64,000 nt of DNA from an uncultured Sulfolobales archaeon (GTDB taxonomy: Archaea; Thermoproteota; Thermoprotei_A; Sulfolobales; NBVN01), in NCBI GenBank assembly GCA_938017505.1, contig CALIKV010000002.1, forward strand, positions 12,742 to 76,741. The letters are read 5' to 3'. A program made the position numbers and the translations under genes. Below the pieces are notes generated by a model. It did no database searches and was not told the DNA's origin. It worked only from the letters and a program-made list of their open reading frames with translations. How positions within the stretch are numbered: the first letter of the stretch is position 1; each line of letters begins with the position of its first letter. Below are positions 37,958-48,130 of this stretch, piece after piece.

Positions 37958-40947
37958 GACTCACATCTTCTTAACCCGATCCTTATTTTCATCCCCTCGA
38001 TATCCCATTCAGTGATCATCATACCCTCACTCACCCTCTCGGAGACTTTTCTAGCCCTCACCTCCCTCGCTATGTAATCCCTCAACGAGTCTACGGCTTC
38101 CTTAAGCTCTGGCTCCCCGGTCTCGATACCTACGTCGATGAACTCGTCCACAACTAAGTTCGCCCTGTTACGCATTACTTGAATCCTCCTGATAACCTCC
38201 CTGGCAAGGGCTTCATTAAGTAACTCTTTATCGAGACTCCTAGGCATACATACCTGAAGGGAATCGGACGATAACGTGGCATACCCCCCTTCAACCTCAC
38301 TGCATTCCGACGGCAGTCTGTCGACGAGAACTACCTCCTTAGCGTTGCTGAGGAACCTTATAACGCCCTCTAGCTTAGCTAGCCTCTCAAGCGTTGAAGG
38401 ATCTGCGGAAACGTAGACTCTCCTCACGGGCCACCTTAACTTAAGCCCTAGGCTATTCCTCAGCGCGGCGATGACTCTGGACGCCGTGAAAGCCTCGTCA
38501 AAAACCCTCTCGAGATCCGGCCTCACGTACTTCTCCTCCACGTCCTCGAGAGTGCTCAAGTGTATGCTCTCCTCGAGGGAGCCGTCGTATTGCCTGAAGA
38601 ACCTCTGCCAAAGCGCCTCCGACAAACAGGGCATTATAGGGGCCAACATCTTCAGCGCTCTCCTAAGCACGTAGTAGAGGACGGCGTAAACCAGGAACCT
38701 GTCGTTGCCCTCCTCCTCCCACACCCTCCTCCTTATGAGCCTTAGATACCTGTGACTTAGGTCCTCGACGAAGAAGGAGATGATCTCCCTTACGGCCAAG
38801 TGTACGTTGTAATCATCTAACTCGCTTAAGTATCGTTTAGCCACGGTATTAACCCTGGAGAGAATCCATAGATCCTCAGCCCTAGCGCTCGGCAGCAACC
38901 CCTCTAGCTCATGAGTCCTTGGATCGAACTTGTCTAACACCATATACGTGTGGGCGAACCTGAACACGTTCCACACGATGTTTATGGACGTGAGCACGTT
39001 ACTTATCTCATCCTCGTTATATATGAAGGGGTCGCCGGGAGGGTACGTGCTCAGGATGTACAGCCTCAGGACATCCATGCCATGCCTCTTAAGCGCCTCC
39101 TCGGCGTAGACTACGTTGCCTAGATGTTTAGACATCTTACGCCCGTACTTGTCGAGTATTAGACCTTGGATCAATATGTTCTTATAGGGGGCTCTGCCAG
39201 TGAGTATCACTGAGGTGGCGAGTAACGAGTAGAACCAGCCTCTCGTCTGGTCAACGCCTTCTGTCACGAAGTCGTACGGGAATAACTTGCCCAAGAACTC
39301 AGCGTTCCTAAGCCCGTCAACGCCGGCGAGCCATGCGATACCGCTGTCGATCCACACGTCTACGACGAACGGCTCCCTGACCCACTCGCTACAGTCGTCA
39401 GTTCTTACGTGAACCCTATCTATCCAGGGCCTGTGCGTTAGCTCGAAGTCACTGAACCCCCCCGCGTCGACGGCTAGGTTCCTCAACTCCGTCAAACCAC
39501 TTACGATGAGCAGTTTATTCTGGTCATCCCTACACCTCCATATAGGGAGTGGGGTTCCCCAGATACGCGATCTTGACAGCGTCCAGTCTCTAGCGTTAGC
39601 AACCCAGTTGGTGAAGCGATCTTTCAACTTAGGCGGGTATATGCTTACTTTATTCAGTTCTTCAATTAGCTTGTCTTTCATGTCGGTTATCTTAATGAAC
39701 CATTGTCTGTCGGCCCTATAGATTAAGGGGGTGTGGCATCTCCAGCAATGAGGATATGTGTGTGTTATGGACCCTGAGTAGAGCAATAACCCCCTAGACT
39801 TCAGCAGGTCAATGACGTTCCTCGAGGCCTCATCCACGTTGAGTCCGTTGAAGACCCCTCCATCGGCGTTGAAGACTCCGTTGATCTCCACGTTACTCGT
39901 TATCGGGAGCCCGTTTCTTAAGCCTAACTCAAAGTCCTCGGGTCCATGCCCTGGTGCTATGTGGACAAGCCCCGTACCCTCGTTAAGTGAGACAAACTCC
40001 CCTGTGAACACCTTATGAGCGTTGATGTGCGCCTTGTGTGTAGGCACTTCATTAATTAAGGGGTGCTCGTACTCCAGCCCCGCAAGTTCGTAGCCCCTGA
40101 CCCTCTCGACACACTCGGTCTTCACCCCGATCAACGTAGAGATCTCCTCAACCCTGGACTCCGCCACCCACCAGAACTCACCACCTACCCCTAGCTTACA
40201 GTAGACTCCCTCGGGATTTACTGCGACAGCCTCGTTATCTATCAACGTCCACGGCGTGGTGGTCCATATGAGTAGATACGTTTCACTAGCGTCCTTAACC
40301 CTGAACTTAACTATTATTGAGGGGGATTCCTTTTCACCATAACCTAGATCAACCTCAGCGTCGCTGAGCACGGTCTCGCATCTGGGGCAGAAGGGCAACA
40401 CCCTGAATCCTTCATAAAGCAACCCCTTATCGTAGGCTTTCTTGACTAAGTGCCACACGTGCTCTATATAGTTGGGTTCCCTAGTCTCGTACGCATTCTC
40501 GAGGTCAAGCCATAATGCTATGTCTTGTGTGGCATGTGTCTCCCAGAATTTAAGGTAGTGGTTGACTAACTCATTACACTTCCTTATGAAGTCCTCAGCG
40601 GAGATCCTCTCGCCTATCTCTTTCTTATGTTTTATGCCGAGCTTCTTCTCCGTCTCGACTTCCACGGGCAGTCCCTGCTCATCCCAACCTCCCTGAGCCC
40701 AAACGTCATATCCCTTAAGCCTCATGAACTTGAGGACGAAGTCCTTGTAGATCCTGCCTCTGAGATGCCCTATATGCGGTACGCCGTTTGCTGTAGGGGG
40801 TCCCTCCAGAAACGAGAAGACAGGTCTCCCACCCCTCCAGGCCCTCCACTTCCTAGGCACGTTGTTGACTTCCCAGAACTTCTTAACCTCCTTCTCAATC
40901 TCGTTTAACTTCAGGCGTCCCAAATCAATACTAGACACCAGCATCAC
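37954..40947 (-). CDS. ileS: Isoleucine-tRNA ligase
   Basis: EGPPTANG, HIGH, GWDEQGLPVE, WTTTPWT, DQTRGWF, KMSKH. Confidence 0.96.
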   Translation of the reverse strand: MMLVSSIDLGRLKLNEIEKEVKKFWEVNNVPRKWRAWRGGRPVFSFLEGPPTANGVPHIGHLRGRIYKDFVLKFMRLKGYDVWAQGGWDEQGLPVEVETEKKLGIKHKKEIGERISAEDFIRKCNELVNHYLKFWETHATQDIALWLDLENAYETREPNYIEHVWHLVKKAYDKGLLYEGFRVLPFCPRCETVLSDAEVDLGYGEKESPSIIVKFRVKDASETYLLIWTTTPWTLIDNEAVAVNPEGVYCKLGVGGEFWWVAESRVEEISTLIGVKTECVERVRGYELAGLEYEHPLINEVPTHKAHINAHKVFTGEFVSLNEGTGLVHIAPGHGPEDFELGLRNGLPITSNVEINGVFNADGGVFNGLNVDEASRNVIDLLKSRGLLLYSGSITHTYPHCWRCHTPLIYRADRQWFIKITDMKDKLIEELNKVSIYPPKLKDRFTNWVANARDWTLSRSRIWGTPLPIWRCRDDQNKLLIVSGLTELRNLAVDAGGFSDFELTHRPWIDRVHVRTDDCSEWVREPFVVDVWIDSGIAWLAGVDGLRNAEFLGKLFPYDFVTEGVDQTRGWFYSLLATSVILTGRAPYKNILIQGLILDKYGRKMSKHLGNVVYAEEALKRHGMDVLRLYILSTYPPGDPFIYNEDEISNVLTSINIVWNVFRFAHTYMVLDKFDPRTHELEGLLPSARAEDLWILSRVNTVAKRYLSELDDYNVHLAVREIISFFVEDLSHRYLRLIRRRVWEEEGNDRFLVYAVLYYVLRRALKMLAPIMPCLSEALWQRFFRQYDGSLEESIHLSTLEDVEEKYVRPDLERVFDEAFTASRVIAALRNSLGLKLRWPVRRVYVSADPSTLERLAKLEGVIRFLSNAKEVVLVDRLPSECSEVEGGYATLSSDSLQVCMPRSLDKELLNEALAREVIRRIQVMRNRANLVVDEFIDVGIETGEPELKEAVDSLRDYIAREVRARKVSERVSEGMMITEWDIEGMKIRIGLRRCES

Positions 40948-41140
40948 CTACACTCATAAATTTATAAGCTTTACTGTTTTAAGCGCTTGCTTGATGTAGC
41001 ATCAACTGTGGATGAAGCGATCTAGAGGCTATCTCCGAATTGTTTAGCTCAGTTATGTTGACTTATGCTTAACGCGTGTTGTGCTGAGGTATAGGTTTTT
41101 ATTCTCGCTCACTATAAAATATAGTTTCGGGGTCACACTA

Positions 41141-41815
41141 ATGCCTAAAGTCATGACTAAGTTGGTTTCATGGAATGAGATAGTTCACTGGGCTAGAGAC
41201 CTCTCCAGGAAAGTTGAGGAGTCGGGCTATAGACCTGACGTAGTTGTCGCGATCGCTAGGGGAGGGTTCGTGCCCGCGAGGCTCGTGTGCGACTTCATGA
41301 TGATAGAGAACTTGATATCCCTTCAATCACAGCACTGGACTGAAGCGGCTAAGGCGGAGGAGAGGGCCGTGATTAAGTATCCGTACGAGCTGGATTTAGA
41401 CGGCAGCAAGGTGCTTATAGTCGACGATATAGTGGATACTGGGGACTCCGTCCTCCTTGCCAGGGATTATATACGTAAGAACTGGAACGCCGGCGACGTT
41501 AGGGTGGCGGTGCTTCAATGGATATCGCCTGTAGCTAAGTTTAAACCGGACTACTACAGTGTTGAGGTTCGCGAGTGGATCTGGTTCCAATACCCATGGA
41601 CCAGGCTGGAGGACACGTTCCAGTTCATCAAGAGGTTGCTTAGTGAGGAAGGTAAGTACAAGAGATCCTGGACCCTTCAAGAGTTAATAGGGAAGTTCAG
41701 GGAGTGGTATGAGATAGACGTCGGCGAGGATTATTACAGAGACGCTGTTGAGTGGCTCGTTAGGAGAGGGGTGCTTAAAGTCGAGGGGGACTCTTACGTG
41801 CTTCAAGGTTTTTAA
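41141..41815 (+). CDS. Purine phosphoribosyltransferase-like protein
   Basis: AIARGG, LIVDDIVDTGDS, WFQYPW. Confidence 0.9.
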   Translation: MPKVMTKLVSWNEIVHWARDLSRKVEESGYRPDVVVAIARGGFVPARLVCDFMMIENLISLQSQHWTEAAKAEERAVIKYPYELDLDGSKVLIVDDIVDTGDSVLLARDYIRKNWNAGDVRVAVLQWISPVAKFKPDYYSVEVREWIWFQYPWTRLEDTFQFIKRLLSEEGKYKRSWTLQELIGKFREWYEIDVGEDYYRDAVEWLVRRGVLKVEGDSYVLQGF

Positions 41816-42339
41816 GGGGTTAACTCCTTCAGGCGTTCCTTAGCTATGATCTCCGCCTCCGAGAGGACCTTGCCAGCCTCACCAACCTCAGTCACTCCTG
41901 GAGCGCCCTCCCTTATGCCGGCCTCAAATTCAAGGAGGTCGTTGGCCCTGTCTATGAGGTCATCGATTACCATGGACACGTCGGGGATGCCGCTTACCTC
42001 ACCCCTCAACTTACTAAGCACCTCCTTAACAACGGATAGATCCTTAGTTGAGACGTTGAGCAATCCCAACGTCTCAAGTTTAATGATGAGGACCTCTAGA
42101 GCCGCCTCCATGCGGGTGAGGGATCTATAAAGACCTTCGTAGACCCTGAGGTTGTTGACTATCTCGCTTCTGAGGAACGGCTCATCCACCTGACTAAGCC
42201 TACCCTGTAATCTGCTGATACTTTCCTGTACCTTAGACCTGTAGTAGAAAACCCTCTTATGCAACTGTTTTAAATCTATTATAAACCTCCCTACACTACG
42301 TACGTTGAACCTAGCCTCCCTACGCCTATCCCAAAATAT
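41812..42339 (-). CDS. CdvB/ESCRT-III (Snf7-like) paralogue
   Basis: Coiled coil, LEVLIIKLETL, C-terminal EAGKVLSEAEIIAKERL; frame open upstream to ATA/ATT. Confidence 0.68.
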   Translation of the reverse strand: MFWDRRREARFNVRSVGRFIIDLKQLHKRVFYYRSKVQESISRLQGRLSQVDEPFLRSEIVNNLRVYEGLYRSLTRMEAALEVLIIKLETLGLLNVSTKDLSVVKEVLSKLRGEVSGIPDVSMVIDDLIDRANDLLEFEAGIREGAPGVTEVGEAGKVLSEAEIIAKERLKELTP

Positions 42340-42576
42340 AATAGCCCCTCAAGAAAACTAACAACCCCTCAAGTATTTAAAGCTATACCCAAATTACAAC
42401 GCGGGATACGGAGCCGGAGAAATCGCGAGCCAACCGTGGTGTAGGGGTTTAAACATACTATAGCCCTCACAACTTACGAACCTCGTTGAATGAGGTGAGG
42501 AACCTGGAACAGCCGGGCTAGGGCACGTCTAGGCTGTGAAACGTTTTTAACCTCTTTTAACTTGTTTAAATTGGGT

Positions 42577-42694
42577 CCCCCGGTAGCTCAGCGGTTAGAG
42601 CACCCGGCTGTAGTCAGCCCCGAAGGGCACATCACCTTTAAGCCCTTCGGCAGGAACCGGGGGGTCGGGGGTTCGAATCCCTCCCGGGGGACCA
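42577..42694 (+). tRNA. tRNA-Tyr(GTA) with a 42-nt intron at 37/38 (42614..42655)
   Basis: C1-G72 acceptor, CCCGG-CT-GTA-G[intron]A-CCGGG, BHB central helix CTGT/GCAG. Confidence 0.95.
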
Positions 42695-42716
42695 CGTAAC
42701 GAGGCTCAGCTGTTAG

Positions 42717-43364
42717 TTAGTCTTGGGAGGCGGAGCCTTCCTTACGTGACCTGCTTCTCAGCCTCACGTCCACTATGAACGACCTTAGGGATTCGATCAC
42801 CCCCCTCGCCACGTCGATTCTCCTTCTCACGTTGGGTAGGATAGCGTCTGGATAGTCCAGGTGATGAAGGTGCTCGTATATCACTTCCATCACGCTGAAG
42901 TATTCCTGGGCTTCCCTAATCAGGTTCTCAGACAGTAGGTTAAGGACGTATCTCTTCAGCTCGCCTATGAGGTCCAGTAACCCCACTATGTACGGGACGT
43001 GGTCCACGCCTAGCTCCTCAGGGGTTACTAGTTTTTTGTTCTTAGTTAAATTGTAGAACGCCACGGCCTCGACGTACTCGCTCAGGTAATCAATAACGAG
43101 GTTGGAGTACTCGAAACACGGTTGATTCCTCAACGCCTCACGCAGCCTATTGAAGTTCTCAGCTAACTTACCCAGATTAGCGTCTACCTCGCTTAACCTG
43201 CCGGCGTGTATGCTTGTTATAACATATCCCGAAGCCCTCACCACCTCACGCCCGGTCTTAATCAACTCCTCACGGACTGAGTCCCGCCTATTTAAGGCTT
43301 CATCAGCCCTCGATACACACTCCCTCAAACTATACTCAACCTTAGATATCCACGACGCGTTCAT
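42717..43364 (-). CDS. Translin/Trax family protein
   Basis: REELIK..R, SEYVEA, YIVGLLDLIGELKR, RRRIDVAR. Confidence 0.88.
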   Translation of the reverse strand: MNASWISKVEYSLRECVSRADEALNRRDSVREELIKTGREVVRASGYVITSIHAGRLSEVDANLGKLAENFNRLREALRNQPCFEYSNLVIDYLSEYVEAVAFYNLTKNKKLVTPEELGVDHVPYIVGLLDLIGELKRYVLNLLSENLIREAQEYFSVMEVIYEHLHHLDYPDAILPNVRRRIDVARGVIESLRSFIVDVRLRSRSRKEGSASQD

Positions 43365-43396
43365 CTAGGTTCACATCACTATTAATTACGACGTAG

Positions 43397-43469
43397 CGCC
43401 GGGGGGAGGATTCGAACCCCCGACCACCGGGTTAACAGCCCGGCGCTCTAACCGCTGAGCTACCCCGGC
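43397..43469 (-). tRNA. tRNA-Asn(GTT), CCA not encoded
   Basis: Reverse complement GCCGGGG...CCGGG-CT-GTT-AA-CCCGG...; 3' flank reads CTA. Confidence 0.96.
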
Positions 43470-43526
43470 ACCAATATAAATATCTTAATGAGGATTTTTA
43501 AATTGTCGTTTCCAATCGCTTGCGAC

Positions 43527-44675
43527 TTAGAAGTTATGCCTAGCTAGGACTTCCTGGGCAGCGCTCACTCCAGCACCTAACTTCACTGGATATCCCACCT
43601 TAACTAAGCTTCTCTCCAGTGCTGCCAGCGTTGAGGCGACATCGTTGGCATTAACTACGCCCATGTGACCTATCCTGAATATCTTACCGGCTAGCTCCCC
43701 TAGACCACCGGCAATCACTATGTTCCGGTTCAGCATCTCCCTGCTTAGGTCTTGGAAGTTGACGTTGCTAGGTAACCAGACCGCCGTCACCGTATCGGAT
43801 CTGAAGTCTTTATCGGCAACGATACTCAGACCCAGAGCTTCTATACCCTGCCTCACCGCCTCCGCCATCACCTTGTGCCTCAGATATCTTTTCTCAAAAC
43901 CCTCAGTACTTATCTTCCTCAGGGACTCGCTTAAGGCGTATATCATGTTTACAGGCAGCGTGGAGAAGTAGTTCTTCACATTCCTCATCATCGACAACCA
44001 CTTACGCCCGTTGAAGAAGAATAACTCGCTCTCACCGCTTTCAAGCATCTCGACGGCCCTCTTACTCAGCCCTACGATACCTAGTCCCGGTGGGATGGCA
44101 AGGGCTTTCTGAGAACCGGCGAAACACACGTCGATACCCCAATCCCTCATGTTGACCTCCATACCTCCCAGCGAAGCGACGGCGTCAACTATCAGCACCT
44201 CTCCACTGCTCCTCAGCGCCCCACCTATCTGACTCACGTGATTGACAACGCCGTTTGATGTCTCCACATGCTGGACCGTCACGACGCTGACGTTCTCCCT
44301 CTCAACAAGCTCCCTAACCTCATCACCCCTGAACCCCAGACCTACCTTGGTTCTAGCCTGTATCGAGTAGCCACCCCTAGCTCTCGTCGCTTGAACGAAG
44401 TACTCACCGAAGTACCCACTCACTAGATTGAGGACCCTATACCCGGGTCTAACGAAGTTAGCGACTGAGAACTCCATGGCAGACGTGCCGCTCCCGGGCA
44501 TCACTATCACCTCGCCGTCAGTGTTCAGCAACTTCTTCAGGACCTCAAGCGCGTTCCTCAGGACATCCTCGAACTCTCCCGAGATGTGCGACCTTGTAAC
44601 CCTAGCTAAGCTCAAGAGAGTGCTCTGCTCCGAGAACGTGGGCCCCGGTATCATGAGGAGGAATCTCTCATCCAA
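43527..44675 (-). CDS. Class V aminotransferase (alanine/serine-glyoxylate type)
   Basis: LMIPGPT, HVETSNG, VDAVAS, GSQKALAIPPG, RIGHMG. Confidence 0.92.
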   Translation of the reverse strand: MDERFLLMIPGPTFSEQSTLLSLARVTRSHISGEFEDVLRNALEVLKKLLNTDGEVIVMPGSGTSAMEFSVANFVRPGYRVLNLVSGYFGEYFVQATRARGGYSIQARTKVGLGFRGDEVRELVERENVSVVTVQHVETSNGVVNHVSQIGGALRSSGEVLIVDAVASLGGMEVNMRDWGIDVCFAGSQKALAIPPGLGIVGLSKRAVEMLESGESELFFFNGRKWLSMMRNVKNYFSTLPVNMIYALSESLRKISTEGFEKRYLRHKVMAEAVRQGIEALGLSIVADKDFRSDTVTAVWLPSNVNFQDLSREMLNRNIVIAGGLGELAGKIFRIGHMGVVNANDVASTLAALERSLVKVGYPVKLGAGVSAAQEVLARHNF

Positions 44676-44950
44676 AACGCGTCACCGACAATCATAAAAA
44701 CCGGAGATTAAAAAGCGTTGACGTAGGGACTATTACCGTTGAAGCTTGACAAGAATCTAGATCCCCTTTCTTTAATTACTCATGTAAAATAACATTGATG
44801 GTATTAGGATATTAGATACATTATATAATGCTCCTGAAGCAATTCTTCAAAATAAATAAAGTATTGCTTTAAATATCCGGCAGGAATTAAGTGAAGATTT
44901 GAAGTTAAGTTTAAGTAGTGGGAAACTCATTATCTTATGATGTGATATCC

Positions 44951-45124
44951 GTGAGCAAGAAGACCGTGAAGGTTAAGGACTCGACAACAGGGAAGGAGGT
45001 AGAGCTAGTTCCTGAGAAGGTCTGGACACTGGCACCGAAGGGCAGGAAGGGAGTTAAGATAGGACTCTTCAAGAGCCCTGAGACAGGCAAGTACTTCAGA
45101 GCCAAGGTCCCTGAGGGGTATTAA
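44951..45124 (+). CDS. creN7: Chromatin protein Cren7
   Basis: [35 protein letters not shown] start at 44951. Confidence 0.95.
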   Translation: MSKKTVKVKDSTTGKEVELVPEKVWTLAPKGRKGVKIGLFKSPETGKYFRAKVPEGY

Positions 45125-45213
45125 GTCTAGTCTCACGAGGACCTGAGTGTGTAAGAGCAATCGCTTTTTATTCTTTAATCCCCCTATACTATAATGCTCG
45201 AGGGGTTAAACAA

Positions 45214-45756
45214 GTGAACGTTTTAGTTGTGTCAGATTTACATGACAGCTTAGGAGCGCTCTCAAAACTTAAGGAAGCGGTGGTTGGGGATAACTATGAC
45301 GTGGTGATCTCCTTAGGCGATTTCACCTCCCCGTTCACTTTAATAGAGCTTCTAAAAATAGTGCCAAGGGTAGTTGGGGTCTTCGGCAATAACGACGGTG
45401 ATGTCGACCTCCTGAAGTCCGTAGTCCCGCGCCTCACGGAGCAACCATTGGAGGAGTCATTGGAGGGTTGGAGTAGTTTGTTGCTTCACGGCTTCAAGAG
45501 TCCTCAGCTAACTGAGAAGATCGTACGCTCCCTCTGCGCCTCCGGCTACTACGACCTGATACTCTACGGCCATACCCACAAATTCAAGGTCGACTCCTTC
45601 GAATCGTGTCTGGCTCTCAATCCGGGAACTCTTTCAGGGTACTTAGCTTCAGTGAGGAGTTACGGGGCTTTAACATTGACAGGTAGCGAGGCCGTTGCAA
45701 GGGTAATTGACTTAGATACGGGCTTAGAGCTAGTGCGGGCTAGCCTTCGTAAGTGA
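45214..45756 (+). CDS. YfcE/MJ0936 family metallophosphoesterase
   Basis: SDLHD, LGD, GNND, YGHTH, NPG. Confidence 0.9.
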   Translation: MNVLVVSDLHDSLGALSKLKEAVVGDNYDVVISLGDFTSPFTLIELLKIVPRVVGVFGNNDGDVDLLKSVVPRLTEQPLEESLEGWSSLLLHGFKSPQLTEKIVRSLCASGYYDLILYGHTHKFKVDSFESCLALNPGTLSGYLASVRSYGALTLTGSEAVARVIDLDTGLELVRASLRK

Positions 45757-45876
45757 GCAACCCGCGTCCCGGGGGCTGGAACAGAGTAACCAAATACAGC
45801 CCTAAAGAGAGGAACCATGGAAAAACCCTAAAGCTTTTAAACTAAGCGTTCCCTAAGAACTTATCCGGTGTTCAGG

Positions 45877-46173
45877 ATGAACGAGTTCAAAGAAAGGCTT
45901 AGGAAGATGCTGGAGGTGATGGTCGGTAAGGTAGTTACACCGGGGGACGTTGTCGCTTTGTCCGGGCTACCTAGGTATGAGGTGCTGGCCACCTTTCACG
46001 TTCTTGAGGTGTTAAGCATCGTTGAGGTCATTAATGAGAAGGGCAACTATAAAGTCTATAGGTTGACGGATTTGGGTCTTAAGCTACTTAAAGCATTAGA
46101 CGAGGTGAGCAGGATCACTATAGAGATCGCCGCGCCTCCTTCCCAGGAGATAACCGCTGAGATCACGACTTAA
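45877..46173 (+). CDS. Winged-helix protein
   Basis: HTH plus KVYRLTDLG wing. Confidence 0.7.
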   Translation: MNEFKERLRKMLEVMVGKVVTPGDVVALSGLPRYEVLATFHVLEVLSIVEVINEKGNYKVYRLTDLGLKLLKALDEVSRITIEIAAPPSQEITAEITT

Positions 46174-46199
46174 CAGCCCCCACACCGGTGTTTATCTGA

Positions 46200-46643
46200 T
46201 TGACGCCTACGTCCTACATACTAGTTGTTAGATGCGGGGATGTGAGGATCAGGCTTAAGTCCCTGGGCGAGGTCCTCCTTAACGAGGGCTACTACGTCTA
46301 CTTAGGCTCCGCGGGTATCCGTAGACCCTACTTGAGGGTGCTGAGGCACCTGGCTAAAGTCAGGAAGAAAGTCAGGTGGCACGTGGATCACCTAACTACC
46401 GCCTGCACAGCCTTAGCAGGTGTAATATGCAGGGGACTGGATGAAAACACCCTATATGGGATCGTCAGCGAGCAGAGGGAGATCACCCCGTTAGCGAGGG
46501 GGTTTGGTAGCAGCGATTACAGAGGGCATTATAGCCACCTCTTTAAAGTTGAGACCCCGTCAGGAGGGGGTCATGAAATCCTCGAGTTCCTCAGAGCAAG
46601 TACGCTCAGCAGTTGCGAGGACGTTGAACTGGTCTTTAAATGA
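46200..46643 (+). CDS. DUF123 GIY-YIG nuclease-like protein
   Basis: GYYVYLGSA, RWHVDHL, GFGSSD, SHLF. Confidence 0.85.
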   Translation: MTPTSYILVVRCGDVRIRLKSLGEVLLNEGYYVYLGSAGIRRPYLRVLRHLAKVRKKVRWHVDHLTTACTALAGVICRGLDENTLYGIVSEQREITPLARGFGSSDYRGHYSHLFKVETPSGGGHEILEFLRASTLSSCEDVELVFK

Positions 46644-46693
46644 GGGATTTATTGATTCAAAAACTACGTGAATTACGGTTTACGTTGATTTAC

Positions 46694-46996
46694 TTACTCC
46701 TCACGAAACTTGATCAGCTCGGCTTCCTGTAACTGGCCCAGGATTAACGTGAGAATGTCCTTCAGCTCGCTTTCCTTTAGTTCCTGAGGGGACGTCTTTA
46801 AATCTTCGATAACCCGACCTATGAGGTCCTCAACGCTCTTACTCCCGTCGCATAGTTGCCACACGTAGAACGCGCTTAGCGACAGTGAGTAGATCCTATC
46901 CTCGCTGATGCCCACCAAGTAATTGTCGTTCTCCACGCCTAACTCCATGCCCTGCTTCAAGGGCTTCTTGTTCTTAATCTCCTCGTAAGTGAGCAT
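46694..46996 (-). CDS. PqqD family (RRE-like) protein
   Basis: IYSLSLSAFYVWQLCDGSKSVEDL...LQEAELI. Confidence 0.8.
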   Translation of the reverse strand: MLTYEEIKNKKPLKQGMELGVENDNYLVGISEDRIYSLSLSAFYVWQLCDGSKSVEDLIGRVIEDLKTSPQELKESELKDILTLILGQLQEAELIKFREE

Positions 46997-47006
46997 TAAA
47001 TTCGCC

Positions 47007-47468
47007 TCACTCCTCACCGCCGAAGCCCGACGATCTCTCTCTCCTGAAGGGCCTCCTTGGCCTCTGGAACCTCCTTTCCTGCATCCTCCTCTGTTCAGGT
47101 CTGTAGCCTTCAGGGGCTTGCGGGTAGTTCTCAGGCACCTCCTCGGGACTAGGTAGCTCCTTCACAGAACTTACAGATATGTTCTCCTCACCACCGGCGT
47201 TAAGCTGAACAACGCCCTTAAACACGGTCGTCCATGCGTTCTTAACTTCGATGGAGTCCCCTTGCTTCAGCTTGTCTGCTAACGCCCTACCCCATAACGT
47301 TAACTTAACTCTCCCGGTTTCATCCCCTATAGTCACTTCAGTGATTGTTCTGAGGCCTGCCCTAGTGTTTATGGTTCTCGAGGGCTCCACGCTGACTACG
47401 CGTGCCACGAGGTTAACTCCGTTCATATCCGGTTTTAGATCCGCCACCTTTACTCTGGTTTCTCCCAT
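47007..47468 (-). CDS. ssb: Crenarchaeal single-stranded DNA-binding protein
   Basis: Single OB fold (GDETGRVKLTLWG, NAWTTVFKG) with Arg-rich/acidic tail. Confidence 0.93.
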   Translation of the reverse strand: MGETRVKVADLKPDMNGVNLVARVVSVEPSRTINTRAGLRTITEVTIGDETGRVKLTLWGRALADKLKQGDSIEVKNAWTTVFKGVVQLNAGGEENISVSSVKELPSPEEVPENYPQAPEGYRPEQRRMQERRFQRPRRPFRRERSSGFGGEE

Positions 47469-47639
47469 CTTATTCCTCTCCGCTGTTTACGGTACGTTTA
47501 ACGTTAGGCTTCAGCCCTTATAAACTAACGGTTCTTATTTCACGCAATGAAAGCCCCACTCTTTAGGGCGTATAAAAAAGGTTTGTAAATTCATGCAGTG
47601 AAAAAGGGTCTCATCCCGAAAAACGGGTTAACGTGCTTC

Positions 47640-47867
47640 TTAGGCTTTCTCTACCAGTATAGCGCCTACGGGGCAAGCCGTTCTCGACTGCTCAACACAG
47701 TCCGCGAGGTCGTCCGGGACAACCCCCTCATTCACTTCACCGCCCCTATACTCCTTGACTATCTGGCTCTTCCCGTCAGGACCCGCTTCGAACACTTGAG
47801 GACAGAGTGCGTAACACACGCCGTCAGCTATGCATAGGCCCAGGTCAACCTTCACCTTTAGAGGCAT
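47640..47867 (-). CDS. Ferredoxin (single cluster)
   Basis: CIADGVCYALCP ... ACPVGAI. Confidence 0.9.
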   Translation of the reverse strand: MPLKVKVDLGLCIADGVCYALCPQVFEAGPDGKSQIVKEYRGGEVNEGVVPDDLADCVEQSRTACPVGAILVEKA

Positions 47868-47970
47868 TTAGTTCACCACAAGAAATAATGTCGCTGCACG
47901 AAAATAAATGTTACTGCTTCAAGGCCGTGAGACTGAAAGTTTAAAAAGCGCTGAAGTAATTTAACGTATG

Positions 47971-48071
47971 GGGCCCGTAGCTCAGCCAGGCAGAGCGCCC
48001 GGCATAGGCTGTTAAAGCCTACGGGATTCATAACCGGGCGGTCCGGGGTTCGAATCCCCGCGGGCCCACCA
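47971..48071 (+). tRNA. tRNA with CAT anticodon, most likely tRNA-Ile2, with a 24-nt intron at 32/33 (48004..48027)
   Basis: GGGCCCG acceptor as in archaeal tRNA-Ile; CCCGG-C[ATAGGCTGTTAAAGCCTACGGGAT]T-CAT-AA-CCGGG. Confidence 0.9.
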
Positions 48072-48130
48072 ATCCTCAGCACTTAAACGTTAATAACGGC
48101 TAGTTCCTGGTTATAGGTAGGAGGGCAAGC

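Noticed and set aside
41005..41065. Possible box C/D sRNA between ileS and the PRTase
   Set aside because: Boxes too degenerate to support
48004..48027. GGCT-GTT-AA hairpin suggesting a tRNA-Asn anticodon
   Set aside because: It lies in the intron; the true anticodon arm CCCGG/CCGGG encloses CAT
47873..48082. 69-aa ORF MLRIGGPAGIRTPDRP...
   Set aside because: Antisense translation of the CAT tRNA
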